Position numbers and translations under genes: made by a program
Part shown: positions 1 to 9,234 of the stretch, in pieces
How positions within the stretch are numbered: the first letter of the stretch is position 1
How the letters are laid out: each line of letters opens with the position of its first letter
DNA from: Myxococcales bacterium
Lineage (GTDB): Bacteria; Myxococcota_A; Polyangia; Polyangiales; Polyangiaceae
Assembly: GCA_043747615.1 (NCBI GenBank)
Contig: JAYTOU010000015.1
Coordinates: forward strand, 1-64,000
Reading direction: 5' to 3'
DNA: 64,000 nucleotides
Notes under the pieces: generated by a model
What the model saw: the letters and a program-made list of their open reading frames with translations, nothing else
Databases searched by the model: none
What the model was told of the DNA's origin: nothing

Positions 1-1184
1 CGTACGAGGTGGTGAAGGGCGCGACCAACGAGGCGATCGCGAAGTCCAAGCAGCAGATCCACGACGCGCTCGCAAATCCGTCGGTGACGAGCATCGTCAA
101 CGCGCTCGTGCAGACGCGTCGCAACCTCATGAACGTGAAGGTCGACCGCACCATCGCCAAGCCGAAGGTCTCCATCATCGGTGAGTTCTGGGCGATGACC
201 ACCGAGGGCGACGGCAACTACCAGCTCCAGCGCTTCCTCGAAGAAGAAGGCGCGGAGAACGACATCCAGCTCGTGACGGCATGGATCCTCTACACGATCT
301 GGGAATCGAAGCGCGACACGCTCGAGCGTAAGGATCTCAAGGACCAAGACACCAGCAAGTACGGCCTCGGCGGGCTCGGGCCCTTCGGTGCCATGAAGCG
401 GGTCATCACGGTGACCGCGGCGGAGCAGGTCGTGCGCGGCCTCTTCCAGGTGTTCGCTCACGCAGCGGGGCTCTACGGCTACCACCTGCCGGACATGAAC
501 GAGATCGCGAAGATCAGCCACGAGTACTACAACAACGATCTCCGCGGCGGCGAAGGCCACATGGAAGTCGGCAAGCTGATCATGAACGTCGTTCACTCCA
601 AGGCGCACATGACCCTCAGCGTGAAGCCGTTCGGTTGCATGCCGAGCGCGGGCGTCTCCGACGGCGTGCAGTCCGCCATTGCCGAGAAATTCCCGGGAAC
701 GATCTTCTGCCCGGTCGAGACCAGCGGCGACGGTCGCGTGAACTTTTACTCGCGCGTCCAGATGTACCTCTTCAAGGCCAAGCAGGCCGCGACGGCTGAG
801 TACGATCGCGTCCTCGTCAAGCACGAGCTCACGCGCGAGCAAGTGCAAGCGTTCCTCGAGGCCAACCCGCGCTTCGGCAGCCCGCTCCACAAGGCTCCGC
901 ACAATTACTCCGGCAACTGCGCCGACCTCGTGGCGGAGATCGCTCCGTACATCCACAAGACGCGCACCCAGCGCTGGCGCGATCGTCTCTCGTTCACCGC
1001 GAAGAAGAGCGCGGAGCTCGCCCAGAAGTCCCCGCACATGGTCATCGAGCTCGTGAAGAGCGCGGTCGACGCCGCTCCGGAAGTTGCGGCGCGCGTGAAG
1101 GAAGACGTCCTGGCCTTCCGCGAGGAACGGCAAGTGGCCAAGGCAGCCAAGAAGAAGACCACGGAAATCCAAGCGAGCGCGTAA
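1..1184 (+). CDS. 5'-truncated 2-hydroxyacyl-CoA dehydratase/activase-associated protein (COG3581-like, PlsA/PlsR-type C-terminal region)
   Basis: Frame is open from the window edge. Motifs KPKVSIIGEF, GGEGHMEVGK and SVKPFGCMP are typical of this family; strong GC3 codon bias. Confidence 0.7.
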   Translation, partial: YEVVKGATNEAIAKSKQQIHDALANPSVTSIVNALVQTRRNLMNVKVDRTIAKPKVSIIGEFWAMTTEGDGNYQLQRFLEEEGAENDIQLVTAWILYTIWESKRDTLERKDLKDQDTSKYGLGGLGPFGAMKRVITVTAAEQVVRGLFQVFAHAAGLYGYHLPDMNEIAKISHEYYNNDLRGGEGHMEVGKLIMNVVHSKAHMTLSVKPFGCMPSAGVSDGVQSAIAEKFPGTIFCPVETSGDGRVNFYSRVQMYLFKAKQAATAEYDRVLVKHELTREQVQAFLEANPRFGSPLHKAPHNYSGNCADLVAEIAPYIHKTRTQRWRDRLSFTAKKSAELAQKSPHMVIELVKSAVDAAPEVAARVKEDVLAFREERQVAKAAKKKTTEIQASA

Positions 1185-1205
1185 CGCGTTCAGCTCGTAG
1201 GTGCA

Positions 1206-1242
1206 CGCCATCGGGGGGCCATCGCCGCGACCCCCCCTGGCG
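1206..1242 (+). terminator. GC-rich hairpin after gene 1 (possible terminator, no U-tract)
   Basis: cgcca..gggggg..tcgc-c-gcga..cccccc..tggcg stem about 20 nt after the stop codon. Confidence 0.4.
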
Positions 1243-1339
1243 CGACCGAGCACCAACTTGGATCCCGAATGATCCAGCGTTAGGCCCCCAAAAAACTAGA
1301 TTGTGCCTGATATTTGGCGAGGTTTCCGTACATGTAAGA

Positions 1340-1355
1340 CGGCATCCTTCCTGCT
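1340..1355 (+). promoter_or_regulatory. Candidate sigma54 (-24/-12) promoter
   Basis: CGGCATCCTTCCTGCT: GG at 1341-42 and GC at 1353-54 (12-nt offset). Inverted repeat TGGATC-N6-GATCCA at ~1259-1276 upstream. Confidence 0.45.
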
Positions 1356-1370
1356 TAGGGCGCAGTCACA

Positions 1371-2984
1371 ATGAAACTTCGCCACCTCGCGCCGTTCGTC
1401 GTCCTCGTTGCTGCTTCCACCGCTGCTTGCGCTGCGTCTACCGACGGCAGTCAAGACGACACGTCCGACCAGGCGCTGACGAGCCTCACCGCGCTCGCGC
1501 GTAACTTGAAGTTCAAGGCCATCGTCTACGTCGACGCCGGAGCAAGCGACAGCGAGATTCTTTCCGCGGTCCGTCGCCAGAACCAATCGGCCTTCGGCGC
1601 TCTTCGCACCGCGAAGGTCGGCGTCAACAGCCGCGAGCTGAAGGACGTCGACACGAGCACGTTCGTGAAGACCAGCGTGAAGGTCTACGACGTCGCGGCG
1701 CACGACACGACGGGGCGGAACATGGTCAAGGTCAGCTACACGTACACGGACCGCGCGGTCGTCCCCGCCACCATGTCGAAGCGCTCGGCGCTCCCCATCG
1801 GCCTTCTCTCCGGTGACTACGGATCCCGGAGCGCGAGGATTCTTCCCGAGTGCACGGACAACGACATGGAAGCCAACGAGTTCGCTGGCTCCATCTGGTA
1901 CGTGTTCAATCCCTCGCTGCCGCAGTGCATGACGGCGATGAGCACCGAGCAAAGGGCGATCGACGCCGATCACGCGAAGCTCCTCGACAAGAAGGGCGTG
2001 CCTCTCTCGGAGGTCAATCGGCTCTACTCGCCGCTCACCGTCAGCCTCACGCGCGCGCTCCTCAACGGCAACGCTTCCTACCCCGAGTACGACAGGCTGT
2101 ATGCCGGTGGCGTCACGCCCGGCAAGTTGGTCGTCGGAATGGTCAGCGGGCTCATGGCCAACTGGGCCTCCGGCGAGCACCACGACACCATCGAAGACGA
2201 AGGCTACGTCATGTGGTTCGGCGGCCTGCGCAACGTCTTCACCGCTCGCCCGGGCATGAAGCTCGTCAAGACCGAGCCCGCGGTCGACTTCACGAACATC
2301 ACCGTCGGCACCAAGACCTACGCGATCGCTGGCGGCTTCGACGACGTCATGAAGTGGGAGCTCGACTCGACCGGCTTTCCCGCGGGCACCACGTCGGCCG
2401 AGCAGCACGACCTCCGCGTCGCAGCGGGCGACATGATCGTAAAACATTGGCTGACCTTCGAAGTGCCCGTCAAGGTCACCATCGGCAGCGGCGTTCAAAA
2501 AGACGTCACCATCCAGTTGAATTCCTACTTCGGCGCAGAGACCGACTCGACGCCCCACAAGCGGGCCATCAAGACCAGCGACGTCTTCATCTACAACGGC
2601 CACTCGTACATCGGTTACGGACCGCTTGATCCCAGCCGCTTCTCGGCGTCGGACTTCCCCGCGAGCTACCAGATCATGGTCGTCAACGGCTGCGTCTCTT
2701 ACAACTACTACGAAAAGGACTACTTCCCCCTCAAGGCGGGCGGCACCAAGAACCTCGAGCTCATCACGAACGGTCTCGAGAGCTGGGTCAACGAGAGCGG
2801 TCCCGCGATGGGACGCCTGGTGGGCGCGATCATCAACGGCAAGCAGTCGAGCTACACCGACATCCTCAAGGCCGCTCAGTTCACCGACTTCGGGTACGAC
2901 TGGGGCATGGACGCCCTGCGCGTCGTCGACGGCGAGCTCGACAACAAGTACTCACCGACCAGGACGCCGATCACGTTTCGGTGA
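1371..2984 (+). CDS. Lipoprotein of unknown function; C-terminal region has a caspase/gingipain-like (clan CD) His/Cys pattern
   Basis: Signal peptide with TAAC lipobox; VFIYNGHS and IMVVNGC motifs; strong codon bias. Confidence 0.65.
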   Translation: MKLRHLAPFVVLVAASTAACAASTDGSQDDTSDQALTSLTALARNLKFKAIVYVDAGASDSEILSAVRRQNQSAFGALRTAKVGVNSRELKDVDTSTFVKTSVKVYDVAAHDTTGRNMVKVSYTYTDRAVVPATMSKRSALPIGLLSGDYGSRSARILPECTDNDMEANEFAGSIWYVFNPSLPQCMTAMSTEQRAIDADHAKLLDKKGVPLSEVNRLYSPLTVSLTRALLNGNASYPEYDRLYAGGVTPGKLVVGMVSGLMANWASGEHHDTIEDEGYVMWFGGLRNVFTARPGMKLVKTEPAVDFTNITVGTKTYAIAGGFDDVMKWELDSTGFPAGTTSAEQHDLRVAAGDMIVKHWLTFEVPVKVTIGSGVQKDVTIQLNSYFGAETDSTPHKRAIKTSDVFIYNGHSYIGYGPLDPSRFSASDFPASYQIMVVNGCVSYNYYEKDYFPLKAGGTKNLELITNGLESWVNESGPAMGRLVGAIINGKQSSYTDILKAAQFTDFGYDWGMDALRVVDGELDNKYSPTRTPITFR

Positions 2985-2994
2985 GGCGTCTTTT

Positions 2995-4191
2995 TCAGGG
3001 TGCTTCGAGTAGCTCGCGGGCGATCCGCAAGATCTGAATCTCGTCCGTGCCGCCTCCGATCTGAAAGAGCTTTGCGTCGCGCGCCATCATCTCGACGACG
3101 CTGCCGGTGATGTAGCCGGCACCTCCCATGATCTGGACGGCCTCGAGCGCGCAGTCCGTCGCGGCCCGGGCGCAATAGAGCTTCGTAGCGCTGGCTTCGC
3201 GGGCGGTGAGCACCGCGCCTGTTTTTTCGGCCTCTAGCTGGCGCATCAGCATCGTGTGGATGAGGGTGCGCGCCATGTAGATGCGGGCGATCTTGTCCTG
3301 GACGAGCTGGAACGAGGCAATGGGCTTGCCCCATTGCTCGCGGGTCTTCGCGTAACGAATGGACTCCTCCAGGCAGCGCTCGACCATTCCGAGGAGCATC
3401 GGTGTCATCCCGGAGCGTTCCTGATTCAGCGAGCTCTTCGCCGAGGTGCGCGCGTTCTCCGTCTTGTCGCCGCCGAGGAGACGGTCGGCAGGAACGAAGA
3501 CGTCACCGAGAAAAATTTCTCCGGTGGGGGAGGAGTGCATGCCCATTTTTTTCATCGGTGGGCCGGTGCTCACGCCGGTGTCGCTTCGCTCGACGATGAA
3601 CGCGCGTATGTCTCCCGGTGAGAATTCGTCGCCGAGCATTCGGGCGTAGATGAGAAAGACGTCTGCGAACGGCGCGTTGGTGATGAAGGTCTTCGATCCG
3701 TTCAGTTGAAAGCCGCCGCCGACCCTCCGCGCATGGGTTTTCATCGAGCCGAACGCGTCGCTCCCGGCGCTTGGCTCGGTCAGCCCCCACGCCCCGATGC
3801 GATCCATCGTGAGCACGGGAAGCGCCCAACGCTCTTTCTGCTCGAGCGTTCCCCGCGCCATCACCCCGCCTGCGAAGAGACCGAGCGAGGCCCCGAACGC
3901 GAGCGCAAAGCCCGGACAGACGCGTGCGAGCTCCATGCTGAGGATGGCCATCATGGCCGGATCGCTGCCGAGTCCCTTCTTCGGCTCATCCCCGTTCTGC
4001 CGGTCCTTCATCTTCGCGAAGAGGCTCTTGGCCACGTCGCCGATGCCGAAGGTCGCCGCCATCTCTCGCATCACGGGGTAGATGCTGATCTCCTGGGCTT
4101 CCATTGCCAAGACCTTCGGCTCCAGCTTCTGAGCGCACCAGCCGCGAATCGCTTGCTGGGCGAGGACCTGTTCCTCTGAAAAATCGAGCAT
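2995..4191 (-). CDS. Acyl-CoA dehydrogenase
   Basis: GAWGLTEPSAGSDA, LNGSKTFITNA, REQWGKPIASFQ, IGGGTDEIQ. Start reassigned to ATG 4191 (MLDFSEEQ). Confidence 0.95.
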   Translation of the reverse strand: MLDFSEEQVLAQQAIRGWCAQKLEPKVLAMEAQEISIYPVMREMAATFGIGDVAKSLFAKMKDRQNGDEPKKGLGSDPAMMAILSMELARVCPGFALAFGASLGLFAGGVMARGTLEQKERWALPVLTMDRIGAWGLTEPSAGSDAFGSMKTHARRVGGGFQLNGSKTFITNAPFADVFLIYARMLGDEFSPGDIRAFIVERSDTGVSTGPPMKKMGMHSSPTGEIFLGDVFVPADRLLGGDKTENARTSAKSSLNQERSGMTPMLLGMVERCLEESIRYAKTREQWGKPIASFQLVQDKIARIYMARTLIHTMLMRQLEAEKTGAVLTAREASATKLYCARAATDCALEAVQIMGGAGYITGSVVEMMARDAKLFQIGGGTDEIQILRIARELLEAP

Positions 4192-4197
4192 GGGGGT

Positions 4198-4204
4198 TAT
4201 GCTA
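4198..4204. promoter_or_regulatory. Candidate bidirectional -10 element (TATGCTA)
   Basis: TATGCT on + lies 9 nt before the cca ATG; TAGCAT on - lies 7 nt before the ACAD ATG; the divergent gap is only 21 bp. Confidence 0.55.
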
Positions 4205-4212
4205 CTGCACTC

Positions 4213-5604
4213 ATGGCCACGCTCGACGCTGCACTTGGGGCGCGTGAAATTTCCAAGGACGTCATCGCGCTCTGCGCTCGCCTCCGCGAAAAAGGGAAGC
4301 GCGGGTGGATCGTCGGCGGGTGCGTGCGCGATCTGCTCCTCGGCCGTACGGTCTCCGACTGGGACGTCGCGACGGACGCCCTTCCCAAGGACGTGATGAA
4401 AATGTTCCCTCGGGTGATCCCCACGGGAATTGCCCACGGGACGGTGACCGTCATGATGGGAACGAGGGGGTACGAGGTCACGACCCTCCGCGGCGAGACG
4501 ACGTATTCCGATGGGCGCAGGCCCGACGAGGTTCACTTCGTCGACGACATCACGCGCGATCTTGCTCGCCGTGATTTCACGATGAACGCCATCGCCATCG
4601 AGCCCACCTCTCTCGAGATCATCGATCCCTTCGAAGGACAAAAAGATCTCGCGGCCAAGGTGCTCCGCGCGGTCGGCGATCCCGTGGAACGATTCTCCGA
4701 AGACGGGCTCCGCGTGCTTCGTGCAGCGCGCTTCGTCGCCACCCTCGAGGTCGAGCTCGACCCGAAGACCCGCGCCGCCATTTCCCCCACGCTGGGCACC
4801 TTCCGCAAGGTGAGCATGGAGCGCGTTCGTGACGAGTGGGTGAAGGCCATGAAGGCCAAGCGCCCCTCACGCGCCTTCGAGGTGATGCGCGAGACCGGGA
4901 TCTTGGGCGTGACCTGCCCCGAGATGCTCGAAGGCGTGAACATGGACCAGAACAAGTGGCACGCCTACGACGTGTGGCGTCACGGCATGGAGTGCCTCGA
5001 CGCGTGCGCGGGAGATCCCATTCTCCGGATCGCCGCCGTGCTTCACGACATCGGCAAGCCGAGATCCCGCGCTTTCAGCGAGAAAACGAAGGATTTTACC
5101 TTTTACGATCATGACCGTATTGGCGCAGAGATCGCCGAGCCCATCGCAGCGCGCTTGAAATTTTCGAACGACGATCGCGCTCGGATCGTGCACCTCGTGC
5201 GGCACCATCTCTTCCATTACTCGGACGAGTGGTCGGACTCGACGGTGCGTCGGTGGATCCGCCGTGTGGGTCGCGACCGCGTAGAGGATCTCTACACCCT
5301 CAACGACGCCGACGTGCGCGCGAAGGGGAAGGACTGCTCCAAAGACCTCGAGGCGCTCGCGCGACTGAAGGCACACGTCGCGAATGTGCTTGCTGCGGGA
5401 GACGCCCTGAGCACGCGGGACCTCAAGATCAACGGGCACGATCTCATGACGGAGCTCGGCCTCAAACCGGGGCGCATCCTTGGCGAGATCCTCGAGCAGC
5501 TGCTCGACGAAGTGCTCACGGATCCGGCGCAAAACGACCGTGAAAAACTGCTCACACGTGCTCGTGAGCTGCCCCATAAGAAGCAAAATCCGACCGAGTC
5601 GTGA
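4213..5604 (+). CDS. cca: CCA tRNA nucleotidyltransferase (class II) with HD domain
   Basis: VGGCVRDLL..DWDVAT, RRDFTMNA, EDGLR, intact flexible loop (ETTYSDGRRP), LHDIGK. Confidence 0.9.
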   Translation: MATLDAALGAREISKDVIALCARLREKGKRGWIVGGCVRDLLLGRTVSDWDVATDALPKDVMKMFPRVIPTGIAHGTVTVMMGTRGYEVTTLRGETTYSDGRRPDEVHFVDDITRDLARRDFTMNAIAIEPTSLEIIDPFEGQKDLAAKVLRAVGDPVERFSEDGLRVLRAARFVATLEVELDPKTRAAISPTLGTFRKVSMERVRDEWVKAMKAKRPSRAFEVMRETGILGVTCPEMLEGVNMDQNKWHAYDVWRHGMECLDACAGDPILRIAAVLHDIGKPRSRAFSEKTKDFTFYDHDRIGAEIAEPIAARLKFSNDDRARIVHLVRHHLFHYSDEWSDSTVRRWIRRVGRDRVEDLYTLNDADVRAKGKDCSKDLEALARLKAHVANVLAAGDALSTRDLKINGHDLMTELGLKPGRILGEILEQLLDEVLTDPAQNDREKLLTRARELPHKKQNPTES

Positions 5605-5616
5605 TAGGTTCGCCGC

Positions 5617-7020
5617 GTGCAATGGCGTGTGGCAGGAGCAGCTCTTTTCGTTGCTGCGATTTTCTGCGAGACGCGCGCCGAGGCGCAATCCCCGCCGAGC
5701 GCCCCCGAGACGATCGCGGTCGGTGATTGGCGTCTCTCCCCCTCGCTCCAGCTGCGGACGCGCGGCGAGGTTCGCCGTGACCCCATGGACATGGGCGGCC
5801 GCGACGCATCGGGACTAACCGAGCGGGTCCGAAACGCGTATCTGATTTCCGAACGCGCCCGGGTGGCGCTCGGCGCCGAGCACGGGGCACTGCGCGCTCA
5901 AATCACGCTCCAAGATTCGCGGCAGTGGGGGCCCTTCAACGCGTACGGATTTTTCGCGCCGCACGAAGCGTTCGCCGAAGTGCACACCCAGACCGCGCGC
6001 CCAGCGTTCTTGCGGATCGGGCGGCAGGTCGTTACGTGGGGGGAGGGGCGCCTCATCGGAGAGGCCGACTGGAGCCCCGTGAGTCGCTCGCTCGATGCGC
6101 TTCGCGGGCGGGTTGCGCTCGGCCCTTTCGACCTCGAAGCGCTCGCCGCGGTCATCGAGTCTTCTCAGCCCTCGAGCCCATCGTTCGGCGCTTCGAACGG
6201 GCCCACCTTCACGGGAACGCAACTCTATGGCGCAAATCTCGCGTGGCCCGTCGGTCCTCTCCTCAAGGTCGAAGTCACCTCGCTCGCCCGCATTGCCCGC
6301 AGCGGGATTAGTGAGTCACGCTTCGCCACCGCGGCTCGCTCCGGTGAGACCTACGTCCAGTCGGTTCGAGCCTCGGGCGAAGGGCGCGGCTGGAAGTACG
6401 GCGTCGAGGGCGCCTACGAATTCGGCCGTGTCTCCGCGGCGATTGTGCCAGGGGGCCTCACGCGAGCGAGCTACGCGGCGGCTGCTCACGTCGCGCGCAC
6501 CTTCGACACCATCGGCACCTCACCGACCATTCGCCTCGGAGGCTCCTACGCGTCCGGTCAGGGCGCTGGCGGTAGTGCAACATACACGCAGTTCGATCCC
6601 ATCCTCCCCGACGTGCACACCCACTACGGGCTGATGGACGTTCTCTCCTGGTCGAACATCATCGAAGGCAATGCGCGGGTGACCGTCGTTCCCTTCACCG
6701 ACACGACGTTCGGGCTGCAGTACCGCTACGCGCGCCTTGCCGACGCGTCCGGCGAATGGCTCAACTCATCTCTCTCCCTCGTCGGCCGGGCTCCCGCGAG
6801 CAGCGACGCCACCCTCGGCCACGAGTTCGACGTCATCGCCACGTGGCGCCCTTGGGCTCCGTTCGACGTCTCCGCGGGCTACGCCGCGTTCCTCATGGGC
6901 GACGGCGCGCGCACCATCATGGCCCTCGAAGGCCGCGGCGCACCAACCGGCGACGGCGGCTTCTCACCCGCGGCGGTTTCGCATTTCGGTTATCTCCAGG
7001 CGACGCTCAACGTCCCGTAG
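5617..7020 (+). CDS. Alginate-export-family outer membrane beta-barrel protein
   Basis: Signal peptide; LRTRGE, ITLQDSR, RIGRQ..WGEGRLIG..W, LGHEFD; C-terminal beta strand. Confidence 0.75.
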   Translation: MQWRVAGAALFVAAIFCETRAEAQSPPSAPETIAVGDWRLSPSLQLRTRGEVRRDPMDMGGRDASGLTERVRNAYLISERARVALGAEHGALRAQITLQDSRQWGPFNAYGFFAPHEAFAEVHTQTARPAFLRIGRQVVTWGEGRLIGEADWSPVSRSLDALRGRVALGPFDLEALAAVIESSQPSSPSFGASNGPTFTGTQLYGANLAWPVGPLLKVEVTSLARIARSGISESRFATAARSGETYVQSVRASGEGRGWKYGVEGAYEFGRVSAAIVPGGLTRASYAAAAHVARTFDTIGTSPTIRLGGSYASGQGAGGSATYTQFDPILPDVHTHYGLMDVLSWSNIIEGNARVTVVPFTDTTFGLQYRYARLADASGEWLNSSLSLVGRAPASSDATLGHEFDVIATWRPWAPFDVSAGYAAFLMGDGARTIMALEGRGAPTGDGGFSPAAVSHFGYLQATLNVP

Positions 7021-7623
7021 CTACCATCGGCGCTGCGGCCCGACGTCTGCGTGGACGAACCAGTCGTCCTTCGTGGGGTAGACGCCGATGCCGCCGCGCC
7101 AACCGAACGCGCGAATTTCGCGCTCGAGCTCGCGAGGATCGATGCCACGGAGCTCGCCGGCGGGGACAACGCGAAAGTCGACGGCGTTCCCGAGCGAGTG
7201 CTGACTGTGCGACGCGACGTGATGGCCTTTCTTGCGCATCATCTCGTTGAGCTTGGGGCTGCGAAAGCCGCTCACGAGCTCGATCCGCGCGGCTGGATAT
7301 TTTCGAGCGAGCGAGCGCAGTAGCCCGAGCAGCAACGGGTCCAGCTTGTATTTCGTGTCCGTCACGCGGTCGCGAAGGAGCCGCGCAAAACGGTCCGCGG
7401 TTGGTTCCTCCTCGGTGAGCACCACGCGCTCTTCGGTGTGCGTTTGCACCAGGGTGGCGAGAAAATCCACGGGCGGTGGGCCTGCGGTCGGTTCGCTTGC
7501 GCCGGGCGATTTTTTCGACGCGTGTCCCTCGGCGTGCTCCACGCGCACATCGGCGCCGAGCGGCGAGGAAGCGGAGGCGACGGCGAACGCGGCGGCTAGG
7601 ATGGAGGCAGCGAGCTTTCTCAC
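7021..7623 (-). CDS. YcbK/DUF882 (peptidase M15, MepK-like) secreted protein
   Basis: LDPLLL, VSGFRSP..N, SQHSLGNAVD, GIGVYP..FVHADVG. Confidence 0.85.
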   Translation of the reverse strand: MRKLAASILAAAFAVASASSPLGADVRVEHAEGHASKKSPGASEPTAGPPPVDFLATLVQTHTEERVVLTEEEPTADRFARLLRDRVTDTKYKLDPLLLGLLRSLARKYPAARIELVSGFRSPKLNEMMRKKGHHVASHSQHSLGNAVDFRVVPAGELRGIDPRELEREIRAFGWRGGIGVYPTKDDWFVHADVGPQRRW

Positions 7624-7715
7624 ATGTGCAACGAAAGCCTAGCAACAATCTTCGCCCTCGATTTCCTGGGGTTTTGCTTGACGTTCCGTGCCCGCAAGAC
7701 GAGCCTTCACGATCA

Positions 7716-8282
7716 ATGACCGGAGCGATTTCGGACGAGGACCTACTCGGTCGGATCGGAGCAGGTGACCTCGCTGCGGTCGGCATGCTCTACGACCGCT
7801 ACGTCACGATCCTGTTCCCGCTCGCCGTGCGCATCCTTCGCGATCGCGCCGAAGCAGAGGACATCGTGCACGACGCGTTCGTCGCCGTGAACGAGCGCGC
7901 GGGCCAGTACACGCCCGATCGGGGGACCGTTGCCGCCTGGCTCCTCACCATGGTCCGCAACCTGAGCATCGATCGCGTTCGCCGTCGCGATCGGCGAGGC
8001 GTGCTCCAGCGTGAAATTTACGCGCATGAGCCGGCGCAAGTCGCCGCCGACCCGGAGACGCTCACCTCGCTCGCCGTCGACCAAGAGCAGGTGCGGAAGG
8101 CGCTCGCCACGCTGCCGGAGATCCAGCGCGCGACCCTCGAAATCGCCTTCTACGAAGGGCTCAGTTACCCGGAAATTGCAGACCGCGAGGGGGTTCCTCT
8201 CGGCACCGTGAAATCGCGTGCGGCGCGGGCCATCGCGTCTTTGCGAGAAGCGCTCGCCATCGTTCAACGCCCAAAGGTCTAG
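7716..8282 (+). CDS. ECF RNA polymerase sigma factor (SigK-like)
   Basis: AEDIVHDAF, WLLTMVRNLSIDR, YEGLSYPEIA..PLGTVKSR; start placed at ATG 7716. Confidence 0.92.
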   Translation: MTGAISDEDLLGRIGAGDLAAVGMLYDRYVTILFPLAVRILRDRAEAEDIVHDAFVAVNERAGQYTPDRGTVAAWLLTMVRNLSIDRVRRRDRRGVLQREIYAHEPAQVAADPETLTSLAVDQEQVRKALATLPEIQRATLEIAFYEGLSYPEIADREGVPLGTVKSRAARAIASLREALAIVQRPKV

Positions 8283-8297
8283 GAGAGGAATCTGCCG

Positions 8298-9170
8298 ATG
8301 CCGATCATCCACGAGGAGGGAGCCGTCACCCAGCGCGCGGTACCCGGGCCGGCGCTCTACCACATGTCCACGATGCCCGAAGGCCGCGTCGCTGCGATGG
8401 TCGGCGTCCTCCATGGTTACGCCGAGCACGGGGCCCGCTACGCCCACGTGATGGACGCGTGGGCTGCCCAGGGCATCGGGTCCGTCGCCATAGACATGCG
8501 CGGTCACGGGCGCGCCACGGGAAAACGCGGCTTCTGCTCCCGCTTCGACGAGTACCTCGACGACGCTGCCGAGCTCTCCCGTCTGGTCGGCGATCGCGCG
8601 CGTGGCGCTCCTTGTTTTCTCTTCGGCCACAGCTTCGGCGGTCTCGTTGCTTCGCTCAGCGTGACGGAGTCACCTCGCTCGTGGCGCGGCCTGATTCTCA
8701 GCGCGCCGTTTTTCGGCTTCAAGATCCATGTTCCGCCTCTGAAGGAGGCGCTCGGTCGCGTCGCGTCGCGCGTGTATCCGTCGCTTGGGATCCCGAGCGG
8801 TCTCTCCGGAAAAGACGTCACCCACGATGCCGCAAAGGCAAAGGCGTACGACGACGACCCACTCGTTTTTCCGAAGGCGACCGCACGCTGGTTTACCGAG
8901 ACCAGCAAGGCGCAGCCGAGAAATCTCTCCCGCGCGTCGGCGCTCAAGATGCCTCTCTACATGGTGTTTGGCGGCGCGGATCCCATCGCCGACCCGGCCG
9001 CGGGGAAAGAATTTTTCGACGCGGCGGGCTCGAAAGACAAGACCTGGTCGCTCGAAGAAGGCCTCTATCACGAGGTGCTGAACGAGGCGGAATGGCCTAG
9101 AATTGCCGGCTCGATCGCGTCATGGACGCTCGCGCACGCGAAGGCGGCCACCGAGCGCGCTGAAGATTGA
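8298..9170 (+). CDS. Alpha/beta hydrolase, lysophospholipase/monoacylglycerol lipase family
   Basis: HGYAEH..RY, DMRGHG, GHSFGG nucleophile elbow, YHEVLNE; SD aggaga. Confidence 0.9.
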   Translation: MPIIHEEGAVTQRAVPGPALYHMSTMPEGRVAAMVGVLHGYAEHGARYAHVMDAWAAQGIGSVAIDMRGHGRATGKRGFCSRFDEYLDDAAELSRLVGDRARGAPCFLFGHSFGGLVASLSVTESPRSWRGLILSAPFFGFKIHVPPLKEALGRVASRVYPSLGIPSGLSGKDVTHDAAKAKAYDDDPLVFPKATARWFTETSKAQPRNLSRASALKMPLYMVFGGADPIADPAAGKEFFDAAGSKDKTWSLEEGLYHEVLNEAEWPRIAGSIASWTLAHAKAATERAED

Positions 9171-9173
9171 CGC

Positions 9174-9211
9174 AAAAAAGCCCGCTCCCCTCTTTCGAGA
9201 GGCGCAGGCTT
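9174..9211 (-). terminator. Intrinsic terminator for the 9235-9900 gene
   Basis: aagcc..cctct-ttcg-agagg..ggctt hairpin with an A6 run, giving a U-tract on the minus strand. Confidence 0.7.
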
Positions 9212-9234
9212 CGATGCCGAATTGACTTACGCGT

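Noticed and set aside
4192..4641. N-terminal extensions in the ORF track (ACAD, ruvC, hrpA, sucC, purF, 16894-18585, ECF sigma)
   Set aside because: They overlap neighbouring genes; family-like sequence starts at downstream codons
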